Source: a bacterium
GTDB lineage: Bacteria > Bacillota_I > Bacilli_A > RF39 > UBA660
Assembly (NCBI GenBank): GCA_022779465.1
Contig: JALFTB010000020.1
Span: 7,923 to 71,922, forward strand
Direction: 5' to 3'
Length of the DNA: 64,000 bases
The translations under genes and the position numbers were made by a program. The notes below the pieces were generated by a model. It saw only the letters and a program-made list of their open reading frames with translations, was not told where the DNA came from and made no database searches. Shown one piece after another: positions 18,706 through 27,838 of this stretch (positions within the stretch are counted from its first letter, which is position 1; every line of letters starts with the position of its first letter).

Positions 18706-19347
18706 ATGGAAGAGATTAATTTAGGTGAATTATTTCATTATTATATTAGTAAGATGTTTATAATTATTCTTTTTGTTTTTTTAGGGCTTGGTTTAGGTGT
18801 ATTTTATAGTGCGATTATTCAAAAGCCTTTATATAGTAGTTATACAACTATTTTACTTAAGGATAGCGGTAATAATGCGATTCTTTTAAAGACTTATGGT
18901 GAACTTATTAAGAGTAAGAATGTTTTAAATAAGGTTAATAGTAATCTTGGTTTAAATTATAAAGCTGATGATTTAAAGGGCATGATTAATGTTGAAAGTT
19001 TAAATAGTACTGAGATTATTAAGATTACGGTTAATAATAGTAATCCAGAGGATGCTGCTAAACTTGCTAATGAAATTGCTAGTGTATTTAATAGTGAAAT
19101 TGGTAATTATTATAGTAATGTTAAAAGTAGTATGGTTGTAGATAAGGCTGAAGTTAGTAGTAGTCCTTATAATGTTAATTTGATGAAACAAATTGTTATT
19201 GGGGCTTTTATAGGTGGAGTTATTGGAGTAGTTGTTGTATTTATTAAGTTCTACTTTGATACAACCGTTAAGAGTAGTGAAGAAGTTGAATCTAAGCTTA
19301 ATTTACCGGTTATAGGAATTATTCCTTTAGTTGGAGGTAGAAAATAA
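18706..19347 (+). CDS. Chain-length determinant / BY-kinase transmembrane modulator (Wzz, CpsC/CapA type)
   Basis: Two TM helices flank a periplasm-like domain. Sits directly upstream of the kinase with an ATAATG overlap. Start at the ATG after GAGGG. Confidence 0.8.
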   Translation: MEEINLGELFHYYISKMFIIILFVFLGLGLGVFYSAIIQKPLYSSYTTILLKDSGNNAILLKTYGELIKSKNVLNKVNSNLGLNYKADDLKGMINVESLNSTEIIKITVNNSNPEDAAKLANEIASVFNSEIGNYYSNVKSSMVVDKAEVSSSPYNVNLMKQIVIGAFIGGVIGVVVVFIKFYFDTTVKSSEEVESKLNLPVIGIIPLVGGRK

Positions 19348-20000
19348 TGAATAGTAAAGAGTTAGTTATATGTACGAATCCTAAATCTAGTGTAGCTGAG
19401 TCTATACGTATGCTTAGAACTAATTTAGAATTTAGTTTTGTAGATAATGATGTTAATGCTGTAATGATTACAAGTTCAATTGCTAAAGAAGGTAAGAGTT
19501 TTGTAGCTGCTAATTTAGCATGTGCTTTTGGGGTTACTAAGAGAAAAACTTTACTTGTTGATTGTGATTTAAGAAAAGGTAGAATTGAAAGAATATTTGG
19601 TTTAAAGAATAAGCCTGGTTTATCTAATTTACTTTTAGATGATATTTATGCATATCAAGATTATATTTATACTACTGATATTGGTAATTTATCGATTTTA
19701 CCTATAGGTATTGTTCCACCTAATCCAAGTGAGTTATTAGGTTCTGAGAAATGTCAAATTTTATTTAAATATTTAAAGCAAGAATATGATTTAATTATTT
19801 TAGATTGTCCTCCGATTGCGGATGTTGCTGATGCTTTGGTGTTATCTAAGATTGCTGATGAAGCAGTTATTGTTTGTGCAGCTAATTATACACCTGCTGA
19901 TGAACTTACTAGTACAAAGAAAGCTTTAGAACAATCTGGAATAAAGATTGCTGGTGTTGTTGTTAATAAGGTTGAAAAAGATAAGAAGAAACGTTATTAG
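19347..20000 (+). CDS. Cytoplasmic BY-kinase (CpsD/CapB type tyrosine autokinase)
   Basis: Walker A is SSIAKEGKS, Walker A' is LLVDCDLRKG and Walker B is LIILDCPP. The C-terminus ends ...KDKKKRY with a single Tyr. Confidence 0.8.
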   Translation: MNSKELVICTNPKSSVAESIRMLRTNLEFSFVDNDVNAVMITSSIAKEGKSFVAANLACAFGVTKRKTLLVDCDLRKGRIERIFGLKNKPGLSNLLLDDIYAYQDYIYTTDIGNLSILPIGIVPPNPSELLGSEKCQILFKYLKQEYDLIILDCPPIADVADALVLSKIADEAVIVCAANYTPADELTSTKKALEQSGIKIAGVVVNKVEKDKKKRY

Positions 20001-20007
20001 AGGTTAT

Positions 20008-20715
20008 ATGAAGAAGTTTATTGTTGTTATAATTAGTTTCTTTTTACTAACTGTTGGTGTTAAAGCAGATACTTTAACTAGTATTACTGGCGAAAAAAAT
20101 CTGATTATTAATCATGATGGAGTATATGTTGTTAAGATTAAAGCTGAAGGTGTTATAAGTAAGTTAGATATTACTTATAGTGTTAGTGATAATCTTAAAG
20201 TTGAAAAGGTTGAGATTGGTAAATCTTTTAGTAGAGTTTCTGCTTCTGGTAATAATTATGTTTTAAGTAGTAATGTTAATGAAGGTGATGTTTTTAATAT
20301 TACTGTTAAAGGTAATAATACTGGTGGTGGAAAGATTAGGATTACTAAATGTATTGCTACTATTAATGATGAAGATGTTAATTTATTAGAAAGTTCTTTT
20401 GATATTAATGTTATAAGTAATGATGCTTTGGATAGAGCTAAAAGATTAGTTGATAAGGCTGTTGCTACTTTAGATAGAATTGATTATGAGAATGCTTTAA
20501 ATAGTGTTAAGGGGTTAACTAGTAAAGATGATTTAGATAAAAATGAACTTATGAATAAACTAAATGAAATTAGTGATAAATTACTTAAAGATGATACTAG
20601 GGTTGTATGTGATGATAATAGTAAAGCTAAAAAGATATGGATGTATTTAAGTATCGGTTTACTTGTTTGTTTGGTTGCTGAGAGTTCTTATATTATTTAT
20701 TTAAAAGAAAAATAA
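20008..20715 (+). CDS. Secreted, C-terminally membrane-anchored protein with a beta-sandwich-like domain and a helical region
   Basis: Signal peptide (MKKFIVVIISFFLLTVGVKA) and a C-terminal TM (IWMYLSIGLLVCLVAESSYIIY). No confident family match. Confidence 0.4.
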   Translation: MKKFIVVIISFFLLTVGVKADTLTSITGEKNLIINHDGVYVVKIKAEGVISKLDITYSVSDNLKVEKVEIGKSFSRVSASGNNYVLSSNVNEGDVFNITVKGNNTGGGKIRITKCIATINDEDVNLLESSFDINVISNDALDRAKRLVDKAVATLDRIDYENALNSVKGLTSKDDLDKNELMNKLNEISDKLLKDDTRVVCDDNSKAKKIWMYLSIGLLVCLVAESSYIIYLKEK

Positions 20716-20746
20716 GAATGTTTTTCTTTTTTTATAGGGAGGATTT

Positions 20747-22408
20747 ATGAATGATATTGAAATTGCTAGAAGTGTAAAACTGGATAAGATTGTTGATGTG
20801 GCAAAATCTTTAGGGATAGATGCTGATGATTTAGAGTTATATGGTAAATATAAAGCTAAAGTAAGTAAGGATGCTTATTTGAAAGTTAAAGATAATAAGG
20901 ATGGTAAACTTATTTTGGTAACTGCTATTAGTCCCACTCCTTTAGGTGAGGGTAAAACTACAATTAGTATTGCACTTGCTGATGGTTTAAGAAAGATTGG
21001 AAAGAAAAGTGTACTTGCTTTAAGAGAACCTTCTTTAGGTCCGGTATTTGGAATAAAGGGTGGTGCTACTGGAGGAGGACATGTTCAAATTGCACCAATG
21101 GAAGATATTAATTTACATTTTACTGGGGATATTCATGCGATAACTTCGGCGAATAATTTACTTGCTAGTTTAATTGATAATCATATTTATAATGGTAATG
21201 ATTTAGGTTTTGATAGGGTAGTTTGGAAAAGATGTTTAGATTTAAATGATCGTCAATTAAGGGTTGTTAATACTGGGTTAAGTGGTGAAAGTAAGATTGT
21301 TCCAAGAATGGATGGTTTTGATATTTCGGTTGCTTCTGAAATAATGGCTATTTTTTGTTTAGCTAGTGATTTAAATGATTTAAAGGTAAGAATTGGTAAT
21401 ATTATTGTTGGTTATACTAAGGATAATAAACCAATATATGCTAGAGATTTAAATGCGGAAGGTAGTTTAACAGTTTTACTTAAAGATGCTTTAATGCCTA
21501 ATTTGGTTCAAACTTTAGAACATACTCCAGCTTTTGTTCATGGTGGCCCTTTTGCAAATATTGCTCATGGATGTAATAGTGTTCTTGCTACTAATTATGC
21601 TTTAAAATTTGGTGATTATGTTGTTACTGAAGCTGGTTTTGGCGCTGATTTAGGAGCTGAAAAGTTTTTAGATATAAAGTGTCGTTTAATGAATAAAAAG
21701 CCTGATGCGGTTGTTATTGTGGCAACTATTAAAGCTTTAAAATATCATGGTGGTATTTTAAAGGAAGATATTTTAAAACCTAATAAAGCTGGTTTACTTA
21801 AAGGTTTAGATAATTTATTTAGACATATTGATAATTTAAAAAATAAGTTTGGTTTAAATGTTATTGTAGCAATTAATAAATATAATTCTGATACAGATGA
21901 AGAGATTAATTTACTTAAAAGTGAGTTAGAGAAAAAGGGTGTTAATTTATCTTTAGTAACTGGATGGGCTGATGGTGGTGATGGTGCTACTGATTTAGCT
22001 AATAATGTTGTTAGTTTATGTGATAAGGAATCTAAGTTAAATTATACTTATGATTTAGAGATGTCTATTAAAGATAAGATTAAGGGTGTTGCAACTAAGA
22101 TATATGGTGCTAAGAATGTTTCTTATAGTGATGAAGCTTTAGAGTCTATTAAATTAATTGAAGAGTTAGGTTTTGATAATTATCCAGTATGTATAGCAAA
22201 AACTCAATATTCTTTTTCTGATGATCCTAAGAATTTAGAATGTAATGATGATTATGATATTCATGTTAGAGATGTTGTTTTAAAAAATGGTGCTGGTTTT
22301 ATTGTAGTACTTGCTGGTAAGATTATGACGATGCCGGGATTACCTAAAGTTCCTGCTGCTGAATCTATTGATATTGATGAGAATGAAAATATTGTTGGGA
22401 TTTTTTAA
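20747..22408 (+). CDS. fhs: Formate--tetrahydrofolate ligase
   Basis: PTPLGEGKTT P-loop and a full-length FTHFS-like sequence (VHGGPFANIAHGCNS). Confidence 0.95.
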   Translation: MNDIEIARSVKLDKIVDVAKSLGIDADDLELYGKYKAKVSKDAYLKVKDNKDGKLILVTAISPTPLGEGKTTISIALADGLRKIGKKSVLALREPSLGPVFGIKGGATGGGHVQIAPMEDINLHFTGDIHAITSANNLLASLIDNHIYNGNDLGFDRVVWKRCLDLNDRQLRVVNTGLSGESKIVPRMDGFDISVASEIMAIFCLASDLNDLKVRIGNIIVGYTKDNKPIYARDLNAEGSLTVLLKDALMPNLVQTLEHTPAFVHGGPFANIAHGCNSVLATNYALKFGDYVVTEAGFGADLGAEKFLDIKCRLMNKKPDAVVIVATIKALKYHGGILKEDILKPNKAGLLKGLDNLFRHIDNLKNKFGLNVIVAINKYNSDTDEEINLLKSELEKKGVNLSLVTGWADGGDGATDLANNVVSLCDKESKLNYTYDLEMSIKDKIKGVATKIYGAKNVSYSDEALESIKLIEELGFDNYPVCIAKTQYSFSDDPKNLECNDDYDIHVRDVVLKNGAGFIVVLAGKIMTMPGLPKVPAAESIDIDENENIVGIF

Positions 22409-22430
22409 CAAGGGTAACCTTGTTTTTTTT
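22407..22430 (+). terminator. Rho-independent terminator after fhs
   Basis: Hairpin aacaagg-gtaa-ccttgtt followed by T8. Confidence 0.8.
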
Positions 22431-22474
22431 ATTGTTTTGTGCTAGTATATCTTCTTAATTGTGGGGGTATATTT

Positions 22475-23737
22475 ATGAGGGTTCCGGATAGTGTGGCTTA
22501 TAAATTGGTTCGTGAGTTATCTAGTGATGAAGAACGTCTTTATTTTATTAGTAATCATTTACTTGATTATGATTCTAAAATTGTTAGTTATATTTTAGCT
22601 TTGGATAGTGATTCATCTAAGTTTGAATGTTTGCCTCTTTTAATCAATGAATATTATATTAGTTTGGTTATTGATTCGATGTCTAGTGATGATGCGATTG
22701 CGAGAGCAATTATGGAGTTGCCGGAGACTTTTTCTTTGAGTTTTATTAAACATAAAATAAATGGTTTTAGTCTTGCTGACAAAGTTTTTTCAGAAAATGA
22801 TGTTTTATATGAGGATGGTTATGAAAAGGCTCGTGAGAGGTTTAAAATAGATGATTTTGATAGTTCTAGTCTTCCTTCTGATATGACTTTTGGAATTGAG
22901 TTAGAGGTTATTGGTGGTAATTCTAGAAGGATGAGATATTTTAATATTAAACCTTTTGGAACTTGGAATAATGTTAATGATGATTCTTTAGCTCCTAATA
23001 GTGTAGAAGTAACTTCACCAATTCTTCATTATACTTCAAAGGATATGTCAGAACTAAGAGCAGTATGTAGCTATTTAAAAAGTAATGGTTCTTATACTGA
23101 TGGTTCTTGTGCTGGTCATATTCATATTGGTTTAAATAGTTTTAAGAGTCCTCAAGCTTTATATAATTTTTATTCTATTTTTTCTTTAATGGAACCTATT
23201 CTTGTTTTAATTAGTAATAAAGCTGGAGAACTTCCTCGTGAAGGCTTAGGTATGTTTTCGGAGTTATATCAGGGATTTTTTGAATTTTTAAGAAAAGAAA
23301 ATGTTATTGATTTTAAAGATATAAATGATACAGTTTCTCAATTATATCGTGAGTTACAAACAGGACATAAATATTGGACTGTAAATATAGGTAATAAGTT
23401 TAATAGACTTCATCCTAAAGATACTATGGAATTTAGAATTCCTAATGGTTCTTTAGATCCTGATGTTATTATGCATAATATGAAATTATTTGGTAGACTT
23501 ATTATGATATCTAATTTAATTGATAAGGATCATATTGAAGATGTAATTGATCATTTAAAAACGGGTAGTTATGATGATATTATAATATATTTTCTTAAGT
23601 TAGTATTTGATGATCTAGATGATAGAGAATACTTCTATGAAAGATGGATAAATAATTATGATTTAATGTTAAGAAATAAAGATAAATGTAAGTTTTTCTT
23701 TATTTCTGAAGAAGCAAAAAGAGAATTATATTTTTAA
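22475..23737 (+). CDS. Amidoligase-family (glutamine synthetase/GCS2-like fold) protein with an uncharacterised ~150-aa N-terminal region
   Basis: [15 protein letters not shown] and [11 protein letters not shown] motifs in the order typical of Amidoligase_2-type carboxylate-amine ligases. Start at the ATG after GGGGG. Confidence 0.5.
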   Translation: MRVPDSVAYKLVRELSSDEERLYFISNHLLDYDSKIVSYILALDSDSSKFECLPLLINEYYISLVIDSMSSDDAIARAIMELPETFSLSFIKHKINGFSLADKVFSENDVLYEDGYEKARERFKIDDFDSSSLPSDMTFGIELEVIGGNSRRMRYFNIKPFGTWNNVNDDSLAPNSVEVTSPILHYTSKDMSELRAVCSYLKSNGSYTDGSCAGHIHIGLNSFKSPQALYNFYSIFSLMEPILVLISNKAGELPREGLGMFSELYQGFFEFLRKENVIDFKDINDTVSQLYRELQTGHKYWTVNIGNKFNRLHPKDTMEFRIPNGSLDPDVIMHNMKLFGRLIMISNLIDKDHIEDVIDHLKTGSYDDIIIYFLKLVFDDLDDREYFYERWINNYDLMLRNKDKCKFFFISEEAKRELYF

Positions 23738-25689
23738 TTCTCTTTATTATTTGCTTTCATTTCAAATAGGATATCTCTTAATTGCATTGCTTTTTCGAAA
23801 TCTAGTTCTTTAGCTGCTTTACGCATTTCTTGTTCTAATTTTAAGCAAGTATCATGGAATTCTTTTTTACTCATTTTTTCTTTCGATTCATCTTTTATTT
23901 CATTTGAGATTAAATCTCTTATTTCTTTGATGATAGTTTTAGGAACAATACCATGTTCTTCATTATATTTCATTTGAATTTCACGTCTACGAGCAGTTTC
24001 TTTAATGGCTTTATCCATAGATTCTGAAATAGTGTCAGCGTACATAATTACATGGCCATTAGCATTACGAGCAGCACGTCCGATAGTTTGAATTAAACTT
24101 CTTTCACTTCTTAAGAATCCTTGTTTATCGGCATCCATGATTGCGATTAAACTTACTTCAGGGATATCTAATCCTTCTCTTAATAAGTTAATACCAACAA
24201 TACAATCATATTTACCTAAACGTAGATCTCTGATGATTCTTAGACGTTCAAAGGTTTTAACTTCATTATGTAAGTATGCGACTTTTTTATTTAAACTCTT
24301 AAGATAGTTAGTAAGCTCTTCAGCCATTCTTATTGTTAGAGTAGTAATTAAAACTCTTTCATTTTTTTCAATACGTTTATTAATTTCTTCTAGTAAGTCA
24401 TCTATTTGTCCTTCAGTTTTCTTAACTTCAATAGTTGGATCTAATAATCCTGTTGGTCTAATGATACATTCTGTTACTTGATTATTTGTAAGTGATAGTT
24501 CATAATCACCTGGTGTAGCAGAAATGTAAATTGCTTGATGAATTTTTTCGTTAAATTCTTCAAATTTTAATGGTCGGTTATCTAGGGCACTTGGTAATCT
24601 AAAACCATAGTCAACTAAGGTTTGTTTACGCATTCGATCACCATTATACATTGCTTTTACTTGAGGTAGGGTAACATGTGATTCATCGACAACTAAAAGA
24701 TAATCATCACCAAAGAAATCCATAAGGGTTGATGGAGTTTCACCTTCACCACGTAAAGCTAAGTGTCTACTATAGTTTTCAATACCATGACAAAAACCAG
24801 TTTCTCTTAACATTTCTATGTCATATTCACAACGTTCTTGAATTCTTTGTTTTTCAATTAGTTTTCCATGTTCTTCAAAATATTTAATTCTTTCATCTTT
24901 TTCTTGTTCAATTCTTTTAATAGCTTCTTGAAGTTTTTCGTCACCTGTAACAAAGTGACTGGCTGGAAAAACAGTAATATTTTTAACATTTTGAATGATA
25001 TTACCAGTAAGGATGTCAAATTCACTTAAACGTTCAACTTCGTTACCAAACATTTCAATACGAATACCATTTTTTCTTTCACTTGCAGGTACGATATCTA
25101 TAATATCTCCATTAGCTCTAAAGGTACCTCTATGAAAATCCAATTGGCTTCTTTCATAGGTCATTGAAACTAATTTATCTAGAATATCATTTCTTTTTAT
25201 TTTATCTCCAACTTGAAGTATTAACATATTATTTTTATATTCTTCTGGTTCACCAATACCATAAATACAAGAAACACTAGCTACTACTATAGTATCTTTA
25301 TAATTAATTAAACTACTTGTAGCACCATGTCTTAATTCATCAATTTCATCATTAATGCTTGAATCTTTTTCAATATAAGTATCAGTAGAAGGAACATATG
25401 CTTCTGGTTGATAATAATCGTAGTAGGAAACAAAGTATTCGACATGATTATTTGGGAATAGTTCTTTAAATTCTGAATATAATTGTCCAGCTAAAGTTTT
25501 ATTATGAGCTAGAACAAGAGTAGGTTTATTAACATTAGCAATAACATTAGCAATCATAAAAGTTTTACCAGTTCCAGTTGCTCCTAATAGTACTTGACTT
25601 TTTTTACCTTCATTTATACCATCAGTTAGTTCTTTAATAGCCTTAGGTTGATCTCCACTTGGTTTAAAATTTGATACTAGGTTAAACAT
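23734..25689 (-). CDS. uvrB: Excinuclease ABC subunit B
   Basis: GATGTGKT Walker A, DESH box and C-terminal UVR domain (FEKAMQLRD). Full length. Confidence 0.97.
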   Translation of the reverse strand: MFNLVSNFKPSGDQPKAIKELTDGINEGKKSQVLLGATGTGKTFMIANVIANVNKPTLVLAHNKTLAGQLYSEFKELFPNNHVEYFVSYYDYYQPEAYVPSTDTYIEKDSSINDEIDELRHGATSSLINYKDTIVVASVSCIYGIGEPEEYKNNMLILQVGDKIKRNDILDKLVSMTYERSQLDFHRGTFRANGDIIDIVPASERKNGIRIEMFGNEVERLSEFDILTGNIIQNVKNITVFPASHFVTGDEKLQEAIKRIEQEKDERIKYFEEHGKLIEKQRIQERCEYDIEMLRETGFCHGIENYSRHLALRGEGETPSTLMDFFGDDYLLVVDESHVTLPQVKAMYNGDRMRKQTLVDYGFRLPSALDNRPLKFEEFNEKIHQAIYISATPGDYELSLTNNQVTECIIRPTGLLDPTIEVKKTEGQIDDLLEEINKRIEKNERVLITTLTIRMAEELTNYLKSLNKKVAYLHNEVKTFERLRIIRDLRLGKYDCIVGINLLREGLDIPEVSLIAIMDADKQGFLRSERSLIQTIGRAARNANGHVIMYADTISESMDKAIKETARRREIQMKYNEEHGIVPKTIIKEIRDLISNEIKDESKEKMSKKEFHDTCLKLEQEMRKAAKELDFEKAMQLRDILFEMKANNKEN

Positions 25690-25809
25690 ATTATCCCTTC
25701 TTTCTTTCTTATTATATCATGGATTTTTATTTACATATTATTTATATTGATATTTAATATTTATAACATTAATGCTTACTTTTTTGATATTATATAGTTG
25801 GAGGATTAT

Positions 25810-26328
25810 ATGAATCAAATTAGTAGAGCTTATATTGTATCTCATATTAGAATTAGAGATGAGATATTTAATGACTGGAGTAATTTTAATAAAATTTTAA
25901 AAGATGGTCCTGAAAGTATGAAAGAGCATCTTGCTAAGTTATGGAATGATATATCTCCAGATGATATTAATAAAGATTTTGAACTTACTGATAAAGATAG
26001 AGTAATTACTAAAAATGATTTTGATGTAACAATGAATCATGTTGGTGATTACCCGGTATTTTATTTTATTATGCCTGATCCAGATTCTGTTCAAGCTCAA
26101 GCAAAATGTGTAGCTTTAGCTATTACACCAACTAGACCTAGATATTTTACAATGGAAATTATTAAGAAAATGAAATCAGAAGAAACTTATTATATTATGG
26201 GTGAATGGATGTTTAAGGATGGTAATTTTACTCATTTAAATTTAGGACCAATACCTAATGGAACAGTAGCAAATTTTGCTTCTCATGTTTCAGTAGTATT
26301 AGATAAGAATTTAAAAAAGGAACAATAG
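25810..26328 (+). CDS. Hypothetical protein
   Basis: GGAGG RBS and a clean ORF, but no recognisable motif. Its last codons lie inside direct repeat A. Confidence 0.4.
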   Translation: MNQISRAYIVSHIRIRDEIFNDWSNFNKILKDGPESMKEHLAKLWNDISPDDINKDFELTDKDRVITKNDFDVTMNHVGDYPVFYFIMPDPDSVQAQAKCVALAITPTRPRYFTMEIIKKMKSEETYYIMGEWMFKDGNFTHLNLGPIPNGTVANFASHVSVVLDKNLKKEQ

Positions 26329-26346
26329 TTGTTCCTTTTTTAGTTG
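26307..26346 (+). repeat. Direct repeat A (40 bp, 38/40 identical to 27799-27838), containing a terminator hairpin
   Basis: gaatttaaaaaaggaacaaYagtWgttccttttttagttg occurs at both sites. Confidence 0.9.
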
Positions 26347-26371
26347 ACATTAATTTTTGATATGATATAAT
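26344..26371 (+). promoter_or_regulatory. Sigma-A-type promoter for higB: TTGACA, 16-nt spacer, TGaTATAAT
   Basis: Consensus -35 and extended -10 immediately inside the left repeat, about 45 nt upstream of higB. Confidence 0.65.
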
Positions 26372-26413
26372 TTGATTAACGTAATAAGTAAATCAAAAAA
26401 GAAAGAAGGATAG

Positions 26414-26746
26414 ATGGAACTTTATTATAAAACAACTAGATTAAAAGAATTATGTGAAAATCCTAAGTACAGTAAGAAACTTATTCAACGTTATGGACTT
26501 GATGTAGCTAAAAAATTACCACAAAGAATAAATGAGTTAAAAGCTTTTGCTACTTTGGAGGATGTTCCATCTAGTCCACCATTGAGAAGACATAAATTAG
26601 TTGGTAATCTTGATGGTAGTTTTGCAATAAATATAAATAATCAATATAGATTAATATTTAGACCATATGGCAATAATATTATAATAGATGATTTAAGATT
26701 AATAAAAAATATAGAAATAATGGAGGTGTCTAAACATTATGAGTAG
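26414..26746 (+). CDS. higB: HigB-type (plasmid killer, RelE/ParE superfamily) toxin
   Basis: Pattern HKLVGNLDGSFAININNQYRLIF...EVSKHY matches the P. vulgaris HigB-type family (LKGdrxGxwSIxvxxxwRixF...DYH). 110 aa, located upstream of the antitoxin. Confidence 0.7.
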   Translation: MELYYKTTRLKELCENPKYSKKLIQRYGLDVAKKLPQRINELKAFATLEDVPSSPPLRRHKLVGNLDGSFAININNQYRLIFRPYGNNIIIDDLRLIKNIEIMEVSKHYE

Positions 26747-27806
26747 ATATGATTATGATGAATTGTATGTTATAGCTCCAGGAGAAACAATTAAAGAACT
26801 ACTTGAGGTTAATTGTATGAATCAACTAGATTTAGCATCTAAAATTGGAATTAACAAAAAAACAGTTAATGAGATTATTAATGGTAAAGCGCCAATTACT
26901 ACTGAAACCGCTTTAAAACTTGAATATGTATTTGGTTTGCCAGCAAGTTTTTGGAATAATTTGGAAAGTAACTACAGAATTGCACAGGAAAGAAAAAAGG
27001 ATATTGATTTAATTAAAAATGAAGTGATTTATTTAGAAAATATTCCTTATTTAGAAATGTCAAAAAGAAAATGGGATGGTATATCTGCAACAAAAGATCC
27101 TTTTTTAAGAGTAATAAATCTACGAAAGTTTTTTGGAGTAGCATCTTTAAATTTTAATACTGAACTAAGAAAAAAAATTGCTTGTCGAAAAAGTTCGAGT
27201 GAGCACTTTTCTTTAGATGCTTTGTACTGTTATCTGAGGTATGGTGAAATACAATCTAATAAACTAGAATATCCAAAATTTGATGTGGAAAAGTTAAAAG
27301 ATAATGTAAAGAAAATAAGAAAATTAACTAATAAAATGTTTTTACCTCAACTAGATGAAATAAGGAAATTGTTATCAGAATGTGGTGTGGCATTAATATT
27401 TGAACCACATTTACCTAATACTTATATTAATGGTGTAGCATATAAAATTACACCTGACAAAGCAATTATTATGATAAGCGATAAAGGAAAACAAGATGAT
27501 ATTTTATGGTTTACTTTATTTCATGAAATTGCTCATTTGATTAAACATAGTAAAAAAGATGTTTTTATCGATAATTTAGAGTCTGGTTTAGTTAATGACA
27601 TTGAACGAGATGCTGATAATTATGCTAAAAACATTTTGATACCTGACAATGATTATTGTAATTTTGTGAATGGAGTTATTACTGAAAAAAGTATAATTGA
27701 TTTTTCAAAAACATTAAATATCTTACCTGGAATATTGGTTGGAAGGTTACATAAAGATAAAATAATTCCTTGGAATAGATATAACAAGCTTGTTAATAGA
27801 ATTTAA
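26739..27806 (+). CDS. HigA-type XRE HTH antitoxin fused to an ImmA/IrrE (COG2856, M78-like) metallopeptidase domain
   Basis: N-terminus PGETIKELLE...NQLDLASKIGINKKTVNEIINGKAPIT...ASFWNNLESNY is a HigA/VapI signature. The C-terminus carries HEIAHLIKH (HExxH). Overlaps higB by 8 nt. Confidence 0.7.
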   Translation: MSRYDYDELYVIAPGETIKELLEVNCMNQLDLASKIGINKKTVNEIINGKAPITTETALKLEYVFGLPASFWNNLESNYRIAQERKKDIDLIKNEVIYLENIPYLEMSKRKWDGISATKDPFLRVINLRKFFGVASLNFNTELRKKIACRKSSSEHFSLDALYCYLRYGEIQSNKLEYPKFDVEKLKDNVKKIRKLTNKMFLPQLDEIRKLLSECGVALIFEPHLPNTYINGVAYKITPDKAIIMISDKGKQDDILWFTLFHEIAHLIKHSKKDVFIDNLESGLVNDIERDADNYAKNILIPDNDYCNFVNGVITEKSIIDFSKTLNILPGILVGRLHKDKIIPWNRYNKLVNRI

Positions 27807-27838
27807 AAAAGGAACAACAGTAGTTCCTTTTTTAGTTG
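27799..27838 (+). repeat. Direct repeat B (partner of 26307-26346)
   Basis: See repeat A. It contains the stop of the HigA-ImmA gene on the plus strand and the stop of the VanY gene on the minus strand. Confidence 0.9.
27805..27833. terminator. Bidirectional terminator hairpin (ggaac-aacagta-gttcc with flanking A and T runs)
   Basis: Lies between convergent genes. Confidence 0.65.

Larger units (their letters stand above)
5329..20000 (+). other. Wzx/Wzy-dependent capsule/exopolysaccharide biosynthesis locus, all genes co-directional
   Basis: Contains an initiating phosphotransferase, nucleotide-alditol genes, 3-4 glycosyltransferases, polymerase, flippase, acetyl- and pyruvyl-transferases, a chain-length regulator and a BY-kinase. 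Many start/stop overlaps. Confidence 0.85.

Noticed and set aside
25690-25810. LexA/Cheo (SOS) box upstream of uvrB.
   Set aside because: I looked for CGAAC-N4-GTTCG-like motifs in the uvrB upstream region and found none. No GAAC/GTTC pair is present there.
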